Shown here in pieces: positions 1 through 8,301 of a stretch of 64,000 bases of DNA. Below the pieces are notes generated by a model. That model was not told the DNA's origin. It ran no database searches and saw only the letters and a list, made by a program, of their open reading frames with translations. The position numbers were made by a program, and so were the translations under genes. This DNA is from an uncultured Alphaproteobacteria bacterium. GTDB taxonomy: Bacteria > Pseudomonadota > Alphaproteobacteria > HIMB59 > GCA-002718135. How positions within the stretch are numbered: the first letter of the stretch is position 1; the number at the start of each line of letters is the position of its first letter. The stretch is from contig CACAAZ010000002.1 in assembly GCA_902530685.1 (NCBI GenBank), positions 2,103 through 66,102 of the forward strand. The letters run 5' to 3'.

Positions 1-99
1 TTGATCCAGAAATTTTAAAATTTACTTTGTTGTCGTTATTTTCAAATTTCTCAGATATTGTAGACATTTTGCAACCTATTAAAAGCAGGTAAACAAATA

Positions 100-603
100 T
101 TATTGGCAAGTACCTATTGATCCTAATGAGCATTTTTTACCATCAATCCAAATAGCATTTGATAAGTTTGCTTCATCAAAAATTGCACCTGAAATGTTCG
201 CACCAAGTAGATTTGCCTCATACAAATTTGCACCCTTAAAAGTTGCTCCAAACAGATTTGAGCCTTCAAAGTTTACTTTAGCTAGATTTGCATTGTCAAA
301 ATTAGCATTGTTACAATTTGCACCTTGTAAATTTGAAGCATATAAATTTGAATTATTAAAATTTGAGAAGATAAAATTACCAATTGATAGATTTGCATTA
401 TTAAGCTGAGATTTTTCAAAATTAGATAAAGATAAGTTAACTCCAGACATTTGAGAATTAGCCAAACCTGTACCAGAAAGATCGAGATTTTCTACAAAAT
501 TACAATTAGTCCAATCAACCTCATTTGCTGGTTGATCACTACATGCAGCAAATAAAGAATATGAGCTAAATAAACTTAAGGCGAATAAAATTAAATATCT
601 CAT
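100..603 (-). CDS. secreted pentapeptide-repeat protein
   Basis: Signal-peptide-like N-terminus (MRYLILFALSLFSSYSLFAA), then more than 20 tandem A(D/N)LxX-type pentapeptides (e.g. ANLYEANLLGANISGAIFDEANLSNA). Confidence 0.85.
   Translation of the reverse strand: MRYLILFALSLFSSYSLFAACSDQPANEVDWTNCNFVENLDLSGTGLANSQMSGVNLSLSNFEKSQLNNANLSIGNFIFSNFNNSNLYASNLQGANCNNANFDNANLAKVNFEGSNLFGATFKGANLYEANLLGANISGAIFDEANLSNAIWIDGKKCSLGSIGTCQ
148..501 (-). repeat. 15-nt periodic coding repeat underlying the pentapeptide repeats
   Basis: Units of the type aaatttgcacc / agatttgc recur every 15 nt; the antisense shadow ORF 194..409 reads as KFAP-like repeats for the same reason. Confidence 0.8.
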
Positions 604-644
604 ATCGATTTTTTATGATCAGTTTATGTTAAATTTAAGGCAAC

Positions 645-2411
645 TTAGCGTGAAGTGAGTTTTAATTCAATCCTTCTATTTTGCTGCAGATCACTCTCAG
701 TTTCTCCATCACTTATAGGATAAAATTCTCCATATCCTGCAGATGCTAATCTATTTGGTGGAAAACCAAGATCAAGAAGAAGTTTTAAAACTGTATTAGC
801 TCTAGCTGAAGATAATTCCCAGTTAGAAGGATATCTAATTGTTTGTATGGGTTTTTTATCAGTGTGTCCTTCTACCATGATAATCCAGTCAATATCTGAG
901 GGAATATCATTAGTAGTCTCTTTTAAAGTAAGGCCAATTTCACTTAACTTTTCTTTGCCAGATAGTTGTAAATCTGCTGAAGCAGAATCAAATAATAGTT
1001 CTGATTCAAAAATGAATCTATCTCCTACAATTTTAATGTCTTTTCTATCACCTAAAATAGATTGTAATTTTCCAAAAAACTCAGATCTATATTTTTGGAG
1101 TTCAAATACTTTTGATGTAAGGGCTTTGTTTAACTTTTCACCTAGCACCTCTATTTCTAAATCTTTAATCAAAGCCTGGCTTTCACTTGCTTCTAAAGCA
1201 TCATTAAGTAAAGCTATTTCTTTTTGTAAAGCATCAATTTGATTAGAGAGAATTTCTACCTGTTCTAATGTTTTTGAAGCTTGTATTTCCATATTTTTAA
1301 TTTCTTCAAGTGATGTTTCTTTTTGTATTTGATTTTCTTGTTCTAATGAAAAAATTTGACTTTGAAGTAACTCAAGTTTTTCTAGTTGTTGTTTTTGTTT
1401 ATCTTCTGACAAAGAAAGAACATTATTTAGTTCAGATATTTTTCCTCGCAAATTAAAAATTGTACTATCTTTCTGAATTAAATCTTTATTTAATCTTGCT
1501 AATTCTTCATTTTTAAACCTAATTGCATCAAGTTGTTCATTAAGTGATGCATCTTTTAAACCTAGACTATCATTAATCTCTAAAAGATCATTCATAAGTT
1601 CTTGATATTGAGATATTTGACTTTGTAGTTCTTCATCTCTCAATGATAGTTCAATGTTAGTTTTTTCTAATTCATCATTTAAGCTTAGAAGCTTTTCATT
1701 TTTATTTTTAATTGCAAGTAACTGCTCTTCAATTCCTCCATCCTCTAAACCCAGACTTTCGTTAATGGCCATTAAATTTTCATTTTTCTTATTTAATTCT
1801 GCTATTGTAGATTCGAGAGATTTTTCACTTTCAAGTAGTCTAAAATTAGCATTATCTAATTCTTGATTAAGTATTTTTAGTTGATCAATTCTTGTTGCAA
1901 GTGCTTTATTGATTCGTTCTCCGAGCCCCTCAGTTTCAAGTAAAGTAATTTCTTGTTCTTCATAAGTTTCTAATGCATTTGCAACTATTCTCAGTTCTTT
2001 TAAAAGACTACTAATTTGCTCGGATAAAGCTATTATATTTTGTTCCTGAACAAATATTTCTGATCGTTTTTTTGCAACATCAGTTTGTAATTGCTCACTT
2101 AATAATTGCTCACTTTGTAAATTTAATTCTGTATCTTCAAGCTTTTTCTCTGTTTCAGAAAGAGTTGAAAGAGCTTCTTCTTTATCTTTAGTTTCAATAA
2201 CAAGTATTTTAGATAATTCATTTATTTGTGTTCTTAAATCTTGAAGCGCCTTATCTCGGCCAGATATAGCATCACTCAGATAGATTTGCGAAACAGTAAA
2301 AACCATTAGCACAAATATGATTACTATTAAAAGAGTAGCTAGAACATCAACAAAACCCGGCCAAATATTTGTTGTATCAGCAAGTCTATTTCTTAAAGAC
2401 CTAGTAGACAT
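645..2411 (-). CDS. MotB/OmpA-family peptidoglycan-binding protein with ~400-aa coiled-coil spacer
   Basis: N-terminal TM helix with conserved Asp (IWPGFVDVLATLLIVIIF, as in MotB/TolR/ExbD). Residues ~50-445 are heptad-like and E/Q/L/K-rich. C-terminal OmpA/MotB domain (GHTDKKPI...SNWELSSARANTV...NRRIELKL). Confidence 0.8.
   Translation of the reverse strand: MSTRSLRNRLADTTNIWPGFVDVLATLLIVIIFVLMVFTVSQIYLSDAISGRDKALQDLRTQINELSKILVIETKDKEEALSTLSETEKKLEDTELNLQSEQLLSEQLQTDVAKKRSEIFVQEQNIIALSEQISSLLKELRIVANALETYEEQEITLLETEGLGERINKALATRIDQLKILNQELDNANFRLLESEKSLESTIAELNKKNENLMAINESLGLEDGGIEEQLLAIKNKNEKLLSLNDELEKTNIELSLRDEELQSQISQYQELMNDLLEINDSLGLKDASLNEQLDAIRFKNEELARLNKDLIQKDSTIFNLRGKISELNNVLSLSEDKQKQQLEKLELLQSQIFSLEQENQIQKETSLEEIKNMEIQASKTLEQVEILSNQIDALQKEIALLNDALEASESQALIKDLEIEVLGEKLNKALTSKVFELQKYRSEFFGKLQSILGDRKDIKIVGDRFIFESELLFDSASADLQLSGKEKLSEIGLTLKETTNDIPSDIDWIIMVEGHTDKKPIQTIRYPSNWELSSARANTVLKLLLDLGFPPNRLASAGYGEFYPISDGETESDLQQNRRIELKLTSR
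1482..1775 (-). repeat. internal tandem duplication (62-aa period) inside the coiled coil
   Basis: LMAINESLGLEDGGIEEQLLAIKNKNEKLLSLNDEL (res ~213-248) versus LLEINDSLGLKDASLNEQLDAIRFKNEELARLNKDL (res ~275-310). Confidence 0.7.
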
Positions 2412-2413
2412 TA

Positions 2414-3439
2414 TTATTTTTTAATTTTCTTTAGTTCTTTTTCAATTTTCTGAAAATATTCTTTAACTTTTTTTGCTTCTAATATTCCATTTTTGCTTAA
2501 AGCTTCTGTAAGGTTCATTAGTATAGATTGTGTGTTTAATTGTGAAGATAAGAAATTTGATAATTGTTTATCAAGACTTGAAGAGTTGGAATTAATTTTG
2601 TTAAGTATTTCATTAAACTTCTCTAAATTATTTGAAATTTTAGTTTGATTGTCAGATGATTTTTTAAAAGCATTTAGGAGGTTTTCTAAGTTATCATAGA
2701 TTTTTTGAATTGCTTCACCCGTAGGCTTATCTTCTACTTTAGAAAAATCTGGAGAAGAATTGCTATTAAGGATTTTTTCAAAGTATTGACTAAATTTATT
2801 TTGAGCTTGTCCAAGATTTAAATCAAGTAATCCTAATATTAAAGAGCCAGCTAAACCTAATAAAGAACTGCTGAATGCAATACTCATTCCTTCTAGTGGA
2901 GCATTTAATCCATCTTTAAGAGAATTAAAAAAACCGGCAACATTTGTATCATCTATGCCTAGGCCGCTGATAACATTGCCAACAGATCCAATGGTTTTTA
3001 GAAGTCCCCAGAAAGTTCCTAGAAGTCCTAAAAAGACTAGCAAGCCTACCAGGTAACGAGAAGTTTCTCTTATGCTTATCAAAGTCATATCAGAATTCTC
3101 TATCAATCTATTTATTGATGAACTTTTAAAAACAAATTTTCCGTCAAGATTTTTTAATTCAAGAGAAATATTTTTGTCTTGCCCTCTTAAATTAGAGAAT
3201 GCTTCTATAGAATTTGTAATATTAAAGTTCGAGAAAGATATATATTTATAATTCAAGTTAATGAGATGAAAAAAATTAAATATAATACCAATTACTAAAG
3301 CCAATAATATTATAATGTTAATGAAGATATTTGATAAAAAAGCATTTTGTAAAACTGGGTATAATAAAACAACAATAACAAATACTGCAACCAAGAATAT
3401 TGATCCTCTAATTATGTAATTATTTAAGGATAGTGCCAT
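2414..3439 (-). CDS. MotA/TolQ/ExbB proton-channel family protein with coiled-coil C-terminal tail
   Basis: Two N-terminal TM helices, then family-typical helices LGLLGTFWGLLKTIG and EGMSIAFSSSLLGLAGSLILGLL. ~110-aa K/E/N/S-rich tail. 2-nt gap to the MotB-like gene. Confidence 0.7.
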   Translation of the reverse strand: MALSLNNYIIRGSIFLVAVFVIVVLLYPVLQNAFLSNIFINIIILLALVIGIIFNFFHLINLNYKYISFSNFNITNSIEAFSNLRGQDKNISLELKNLDGKFVFKSSSINRLIENSDMTLISIRETSRYLVGLLVFLGLLGTFWGLLKTIGSVGNVISGLGIDDTNVAGFFNSLKDGLNAPLEGMSIAFSSSLLGLAGSLILGLLDLNLGQAQNKFSQYFEKILNSNSSPDFSKVEDKPTGEAIQKIYDNLENLLNAFKKSSDNQTKISNNLEKFNEILNKINSNSSSLDKQLSNFLSSQLNTQSILMNLTEALSKNGILEAKKVKEYFQKIEKELKKIKK

Positions 3440-3489
3440 AAATAAAAGATTATATTACCTATCTTGGAAATTCAATAAATATTGACTGT

Positions 3490-4674
3490 TTAGTTGTATA
3501 TATAATTTCTTGTGAGAGGCAGATTGTTAATATTCTTTGCTATTTGTATTTGAAAAACAACATTACCCATATTTACAAAGGAATACTTACTTGCCAATAG
3601 ATAAAACTCCCACATTCTAAAGAAGCGTTGATCAAACATCTTTATAATTTTATCTTTATTTTCGATAACATTTTGATACCACTTTGAAAGAGTGTGAGCA
3701 TAATGTAGTCTTAAAACCTCAACATCTGTTACATTTATATTAAGTTTTTGTGTTTCATTCATTACTTCAGATAATGATGGAATATAACCACCAGGGAAAA
3801 TATATTTTCTTATCCAAGGACTAGTAGCTGTTGGTTTACCCCTTTGACCAATAGTATGCAAAAGAAAAACACCATTTTCTTTCAGAATATCATTCGCTTT
3901 ACTTAAATAAGTTTTGAAGTATTTAACACCAACATGCTCGAACATTCCAACTGATACTATACGATCATATTTTTCAGTTTCATTTCTATAATCTTGTAAT
4001 GCAAATGAAACTTTATCACTTAAACCTTCTTTTTGTACGCGTTCAGATGCAGTTTTAAATTGATTTTCTGAAAGTGTAATTCCTTTAACTTTGGCGCCAG
4101 TAGATTTGGCTATTTCAATTGCCATTCCTCCCCAACCACACCCAATATCAAGAACATCCATATTTTCTGTAATTTGAAGTTTTTTAATTATGTGTTCTTT
4201 TTTATCTTTCTGTGCTTGATCTAAACTCATATTTGGATTGTGAAAATATGCACAAGAATATTGCATATCCTGATCAAGAAATAATTTATATAAATCTTCA
4301 TTTATATCGTAGTGGTGTGCTACATTTTTTTTTGAATTTACAAGCTGATTAATCTGCTGAAATGGCATAAAAATAGAAGATAAATATTCGTAAAATTTAT
4401 AAAACTTATTGTTAGAAATAAAGTCATCGTAACAATTAGTTATTAAATTAAGAAAGTCTTCTATAGTGCCTTTTTCAATAACTAACTCCTCATTCATATA
4501 TGCTTCACCTATATGAAGATTAGGGTTTAAGAATAGTTTTCTTTCAATAGATTTGTTTTTTAATCTTATACAAACGTGTGGATTTGAATTTCCAAATTTA
4601 TAAATCTTGTCATTAGAATCTATGATTTCTAATGTTCCATCAATGTTAAGTTTTTTCAATACACTAAATAACAT
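3490..4674 (-). CDS. cfa: cyclopropane-fatty-acyl-phospholipid synthase family SAM methyltransferase
   Basis: HYDINEDLYKLFLDQDMQYSCAYF and SAM motif VLDIGCGWGGMAIEIA; C-terminal FRMWEFYL typical of the CFA/mycolic-acid synthase family. Confidence 0.85.
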   Translation of the reverse strand: MLFSVLKKLNIDGTLEIIDSNDKIYKFGNSNPHVCIRLKNKSIERKLFLNPNLHIGEAYMNEELVIEKGTIEDFLNLITNCYDDFISNNKFYKFYEYLSSIFMPFQQINQLVNSKKNVAHHYDINEDLYKLFLDQDMQYSCAYFHNPNMSLDQAQKDKKEHIIKKLQITENMDVLDIGCGWGGMAIEIAKSTGAKVKGITLSENQFKTASERVQKEGLSDKVSFALQDYRNETEKYDRIVSVGMFEHVGVKYFKTYLSKANDILKENGVFLLHTIGQRGKPTATSPWIRKYIFPGGYIPSLSEVMNETQKLNINVTDVEVLRLHYAHTLSKWYQNVIENKDKIIKMFDQRFFRMWEFYLLASKYSFVNMGNVVFQIQIAKNINNLPLTRNYIYN

Positions 4675-4760
4675 GTTTTTTTATTTTAAGAAAAACGTCA
4701 CTTATGTCAATAACTCTAAATTATTAACATTTGATGAGAAAATAATTTGTAGAGATTGAC

Positions 4761-4985
4761 TTAAGCAGCAATGCGACGATTTTTTTGAGCTTCTTTTTCT
4801 TTTTTAAGCTCTTTTTCGTCAATATACGCAACATCACAGTGACTCTGACAATAAGGCTTTCCGGCAACGGTATCAGCTTCACAAAAATGAAAATCTTTCT
4901 CTTGTGGATCTCCGATTGGCCATTGGCAACTTGAGAAACTATGCATCACACTGTTTTGTTTAAAATAGTTTTTTAATATAGACAT
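4761..4985 (-). CDS. GcrA C-terminal-domain-like mini-protein
   Basis: CQWPIGDPQEKDFHFCEADTVAGKPYCQSHCDVAY matches the conserved Cys-rich C-terminal block of GcrA-family proteins. No N-terminal HTH domain, and no remnant of one in the 152-bp upstream spacer. Confidence 0.6.
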   Translation of the reverse strand: MSILKNYFKQNSVMHSFSSCQWPIGDPQEKDFHFCEADTVAGKPYCQSHCDVAYIDEKELKKEKEAQKNRRIAA

Positions 4986-5137
4986 AATATTTATTAATTT
5001 CGAAGTAGTTTATATTTATGAAAAAACCAGTATTCAACATTAAATATAAAAAAGTTGTTAATTATCAATATGTTAGTATCTTAATCTTTTTGACCTACTA
5101 TATGTTGATACATAATTTATAAGAAAAACGAATCGGT

Positions 5138-5320
5138 TTATCGAAAAAATAAAATTATAAACAATAGTGCCAAAAAAAACAGATAGGATTTGATCACAAA
5201 ACTTTTAGTTAATTTGGATTTAGGAGGTTTTCTCAAATATATAAAGAAAACAATGGTACTCCAAAATAATAAAAGTATTACCCAACCTGTTAAAAATGCG
5301 TAGTAAAAATCGACAGACAT
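5138..5320 (-). CDS. hypothetical small membrane protein
   Basis: 60-aa ORF with two hydrophobic helices, 17 nt downstream of msrA on the same strand; no family recognised. Confidence 0.3.
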   Translation of the reverse strand: MSVDFYYAFLTGWVILLLFWSTIVFFIYLRKPPKSKLTKSFVIKSYLFFLALLFIILFFR

Positions 5321-5340
5321 AAGTTCCCTAAAGAATTAAT

Positions 5341-5802
5341 CTATATAGCGCAGTGTAAACCTGTTTTTTGGATATATTTTTGATGATATTCTTCAGCTTT
5401 ATAGAATTCCTTAGCTTTTGATATTTCAGTGACGATATTTATTCCTGCACTTTTAGCATATTCATTTTTTGAATGAATAGATTTATTTTTTTGATCTTCG
5501 TTATAATAATATATCGCTGATCTATATTGTGTTCCAATATCAGGACCTTGTCTATTTAAAGTTGTAGGATCATGACACTTCCAGAAAACCTTCAAAAGAT
5601 CTTCATAAGATATTTTAGAATTATCAAATTCAATTAAAACAACCTCAGTATGATTTGTGTTTCCTTGGCAAACACTTTCATAAGAAGGGTTAATAGTATC
5701 ACCTCCAGAATAACCAACTAAGGTATTTATTACACCTGGAGTTTTACAAAATGTTTCTTCCACACCCCAGAAACAACCTGCCCCAAATAATGCTTTTTCC
5801 AT
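5341..5802 (-). CDS. msrA: peptide-methionine (S)-S-oxide reductase
   Basis: Active-site motif GAGCFWGVE at the N-terminus, typical length. Confidence 0.9.
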   Translation of the reverse strand: MEKALFGAGCFWGVEETFCKTPGVINTLVGYSGGDTINPSYESVCQGNTNHTEVVLIEFDNSKISYEDLLKVFWKCHDPTTLNRQGPDIGTQYRSAIYYYNEDQKNKSIHSKNEYAKSAGINIVTEISKAKEFYKAEEYHQKYIQKTGLHCAI

Positions 5803-5842
5803 ATTTATAAATATATATGTAATATAAAATATATCAATTTGT

Positions 5843-6424
5843 ATGAGTCCAAAATTTAAAATTTTAGATAAAAAGAATATTCACAACGGTTTCTTTAAAA
5901 TGAATGAAGTTACTCTTAAATACAAAAAATATAATGGAGATTGGAGTAATGAAATAAAAAGGGAGTTATTTGGTGGTGCACAAGTATCTGCAGTCTTACC
6001 ATATGACCCTATAAATAAAAAAATCGTTTTAATTCAACAGTTCAGACCAGGGACAATTTCTAGAGATAATCAAAATTATCTAGATGAAATAGTTGCTGGA
6101 ATAATTGACTCTGGTGAAACTCCAGAAGATACCGCAAAAAGAGAATGCTTGGAAGAAACTGGATGTGAAATAAGCAATCTTACATCTATACAAGGTTACT
6201 TTCCTGCTCCAGGATCATCCGAATCTTTTTACAATCTTTTTTTAGGTGAGGTAATTGCTCCAGACAAAGAAATTATAAGGGGTCTAGAGAATGAAAATGA
6301 GGACATATTAGTTAAAAGTTATAGTTTTGATAAGGTAAAAACAAAAATGAATAAAAAAGAAATTTTAAATGGACTTACACTAATAGCATTACAATGGTTT
6401 TTTTTAAATATTGAACAGTCTTAA
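5843..6424 (+). CDS. nudF: ADP-ribose pyrophosphatase-like Nudix hydrolase
   Basis: Nudix box GIIDSGETPEDTAKRECLEETG; NudF-like layout (ELFGGAQVSAVLPYDP...LIQQFRPG). Confidence 0.7.
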   Translation: MSPKFKILDKKNIHNGFFKMNEVTLKYKKYNGDWSNEIKRELFGGAQVSAVLPYDPINKKIVLIQQFRPGTISRDNQNYLDEIVAGIIDSGETPEDTAKRECLEETGCEISNLTSIQGYFPAPGSSESFYNLFLGEVIAPDKEIIRGLENENEDILVKSYSFDKVKTKMNKKEILNGLTLIALQWFFLNIEQS

Positions 6425-6756
6425 GTTCCTATACCTCTTTCATAAGGTTGAACTAATTCTTTACATATTAAGTTCATATCTAAAGTCTCAACATTTTTAT
6501 CTATAGTTTGATATTCCTGACACTCATATACTTCGTTATCTTTTTGGAGAACTGTAACAAATAAGATTATTGTTAAATCATTTCCAACCTCTATGTCACT
6601 TATAGCGTAGCTTTTAACTTCAAATCCTTCATTAATAAGATCTTTATAAGATTTATCTGACTCTAGCCATTGATCTATAATTGGATTAGCTATTGAAAGG
6701 TTAGAAAAAAACAGAAATACAGAAAATAAAAAAATAGTTAGTTTTCTTTTAGCCAT
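6421..6756 (-). CDS. hypothetical secreted protein
   Basis: Signal peptide (MAKRKLTIFLFSVFLFFSNLSIA); overlaps the upstream peroxiredoxin gene by 19 nt; no family recognised. Confidence 0.5.
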   Translation of the reverse strand: MAKRKLTIFLFSVFLFFSNLSIANPIIDQWLESDKSYKDLINEGFEVKSYAISDIEVGNDLTIILFVTVLQKDNEVYECQEYQTIDKNVETLDMNLICKELVQPYERGIGT

Positions 6757-7280
6757 TGTAGAACTTCATTTATATGTTTGTTAGGAGGAAAAATAGGGTA
6801 GAATACTTTTTTAACAATATTTTTTTCCACAATAAGAGTTGATCTTTTAAAATAAATTTTGTTTTCAATTTCAAAATGTGGCATTTTTAATGAGTTGAGC
6901 AAAATATTTTCTGAATCACTTAAAACATCATAAGGAATTACTAATCTATCTGTCATTTCCTTAATATAATCTATTGTTTGAGTTGATATTCCTATAGGCA
7001 GCGCATTAAGTTTGATTAATTCTTCATAATTATCTCTAAAACTACAGGTCTCCACAGTACAGCCAATGGCTCCTGGAGTTTGATTCCAATTTTTAGGTAA
7101 ACTTTCATTTGGATTACCTGTCATAGGATAAAAATATAATATTAAACGAAAAGTGTCAGATCTTTTTATTTTTAATAGATTACCCTGTTGATTTTTAAGA
7201 GAAATATCCGGCAAAAACTTATTTAAAAGATGATCAGCTTTTCCATCATTTTGCGGTTTAGGAAATTTGCTATAATCCAT
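6738..7280 (-). CDS. peroxiredoxin (Bcp/AhpC-TSA-like, thioredoxin fold)
   Basis: FYPMT...TPGAIGCTVETCSFRD resembles the FYPxDxTPGCTxE peroxidatic-Cys motif, with an inserted loop. Confidence 0.7.
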   Translation of the reverse strand: MDYSKFPKPQNDGKADHLLNKFLPDISLKNQQGNLLKIKRSDTFRLILYFYPMTGNPNESLPKNWNQTPGAIGCTVETCSFRDNYEELIKLNALPIGISTQTIDYIKEMTDRLVIPYDVLSDSENILLNSLKMPHFEIENKIYFKRSTLIVEKNIVKKVFYPIFPPNKHINEVLQWLKEN

Positions 7281-7328
7281 ACTAATTTATCTTGTATAAT
7301 CCAATTCTATATACCATAAGATACTTTT

Positions 7329-8267
7329 ATGACTCAAATTAAACCTCTGTCTAGTATAGAAACTCCTCGCTTTGCTGATGTTGCTACTTTTTTTCGTTTA
7401 CCTGTTGTGAAAGATTTAAATAAATTAGACTACTGTATTGCAGGTGTACCATGGGATGGGGGAACTACTAATAGACCGGGAGCTAGACATGGGCCAAGAG
7501 AAATTAGAAATGCATCATCACTTGTAAGGCTTTATCACCCTGTTTCACTTAAGAGTCCTTATGATAAATTTAATATTGCAGATATTGGTGATTGTCCTGT
7601 AAACCCAGCAGACTTAAATGATAGTTTAGATAAAATAGAAAAATTTTATTCAAATATTTATAATTCTAAAACAATACCATTATCAATTGGAGGTGATCAT
7701 TTAATTAGCTTACCAATTTTAAGAGGTATTGCAAAAGAAAAACCAATAGGTTTATTTCAGTTTGATTCTCATTCTGATACTTGGGATACATATTTTGGAG
7801 GATTCAAATATACTCATGGCACACCTTTTAGGCGAGCAATTGAAGAAAATCTTATTGATCCTAAAAAATATGTAATACTTGGGTTAAGGGGTGCTTTATA
7901 CGATCCAAATGATTTAACATGGGCTAGAGAACAAGGTGTAACCATCATTACTATAGATGAATATTATGAGATGGGGTTTAGTAAATGTGTTGAAAAAATC
8001 TATACCGTTTTAGGTAACACAGATACTTATTTTACTTTTGATATAGATGGCATTGATCCTACTTTTGCACCAGGAACTGGTACTCCAGAAGTTGGTGGTT
8101 TTAATGTAAGAGAAGCTCAATTAATAATAAGAGCGTTAAATAAATTAAAATTTATTGGAGGTGACGTAGTTGAGGTTTCGCCACCTTTTGATACAAATAA
8201 CATGACATCACATGTTGCAGCAACGATAGCTTTTGAAATGCTCTGCACCATGACAAAAACAAACTAA
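7329..8267 (+). CDS. ureohydrolase (agmatinase/guanidino-acid hydrolase family)
   Basis: Arginase-family Mn motifs GGDHLISLPILR, FDSHSDTWD and FDIDGIDPTFAPGTGTPEVGG. Confidence 0.85.
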   Translation: MTQIKPLSSIETPRFADVATFFRLPVVKDLNKLDYCIAGVPWDGGTTNRPGARHGPREIRNASSLVRLYHPVSLKSPYDKFNIADIGDCPVNPADLNDSLDKIEKFYSNIYNSKTIPLSIGGDHLISLPILRGIAKEKPIGLFQFDSHSDTWDTYFGGFKYTHGTPFRRAIEENLIDPKKYVILGLRGALYDPNDLTWAREQGVTIITIDEYYEMGFSKCVEKIYTVLGNTDTYFTFDIDGIDPTFAPGTGTPEVGGFNVREAQLIIRALNKLKFIGGDVVEVSPPFDTNNMTSHVAATIAFEMLCTMTKTN

Positions 8268-8301
8268 AATTTATTAAGTAAAGAATTACTGATAATTTCA
8301 A

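Noticed and set aside
1-67. Possible 5' end of a minus-strand gene running off the left edge (ATG at 65..67; MSTISEKFENNDNKVNFKISGS...)
   Set aside because: Only 22 codons are visible, with a weak AGGT upstream and no recognisable motif. That is too little evidence to annotate.
194-409. Antisense or embedded short ORFs in the six-frame track. Examples: 194..409, 847..1242, 1654..1866, 13495..13686, 14193..14384, 17453..17668, 18157..18360, 19081..19263, 20613..20795, 21663..22320, 23948..24163, 24752..25039, 25620..25802, 26922..27140, 29786..29968, 31171..31359, 36795..36998, 38975..39262, 42098..42337, 42777..43484, 45385..46791, 48051..48242, 48982..49213, 52567..53215, 53578..53799, 54073..54339, 55919..56194, 57372..57653, 62388..62609, 63004..63234.
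   Set aside because: Each lies inside or opposite a longer ORF with clear family motifs. The translations are low-complexity (S/F/L/I/K-rich), as expected for shadow frames in AT-rich DNA, and I recognised no motifs in them.
645-3439. Zorya-type antiphage defence system (ZorA/ZorB)
   Set aside because: No ZorC/ZorD-like (helicase/nuclease) or other defence genes are adjacent. The long coiled coil is on the MotB-like, PG-anchored subunit rather than on the MotA-like subunit, and the neighbours are cfa and a pentapeptide protein.
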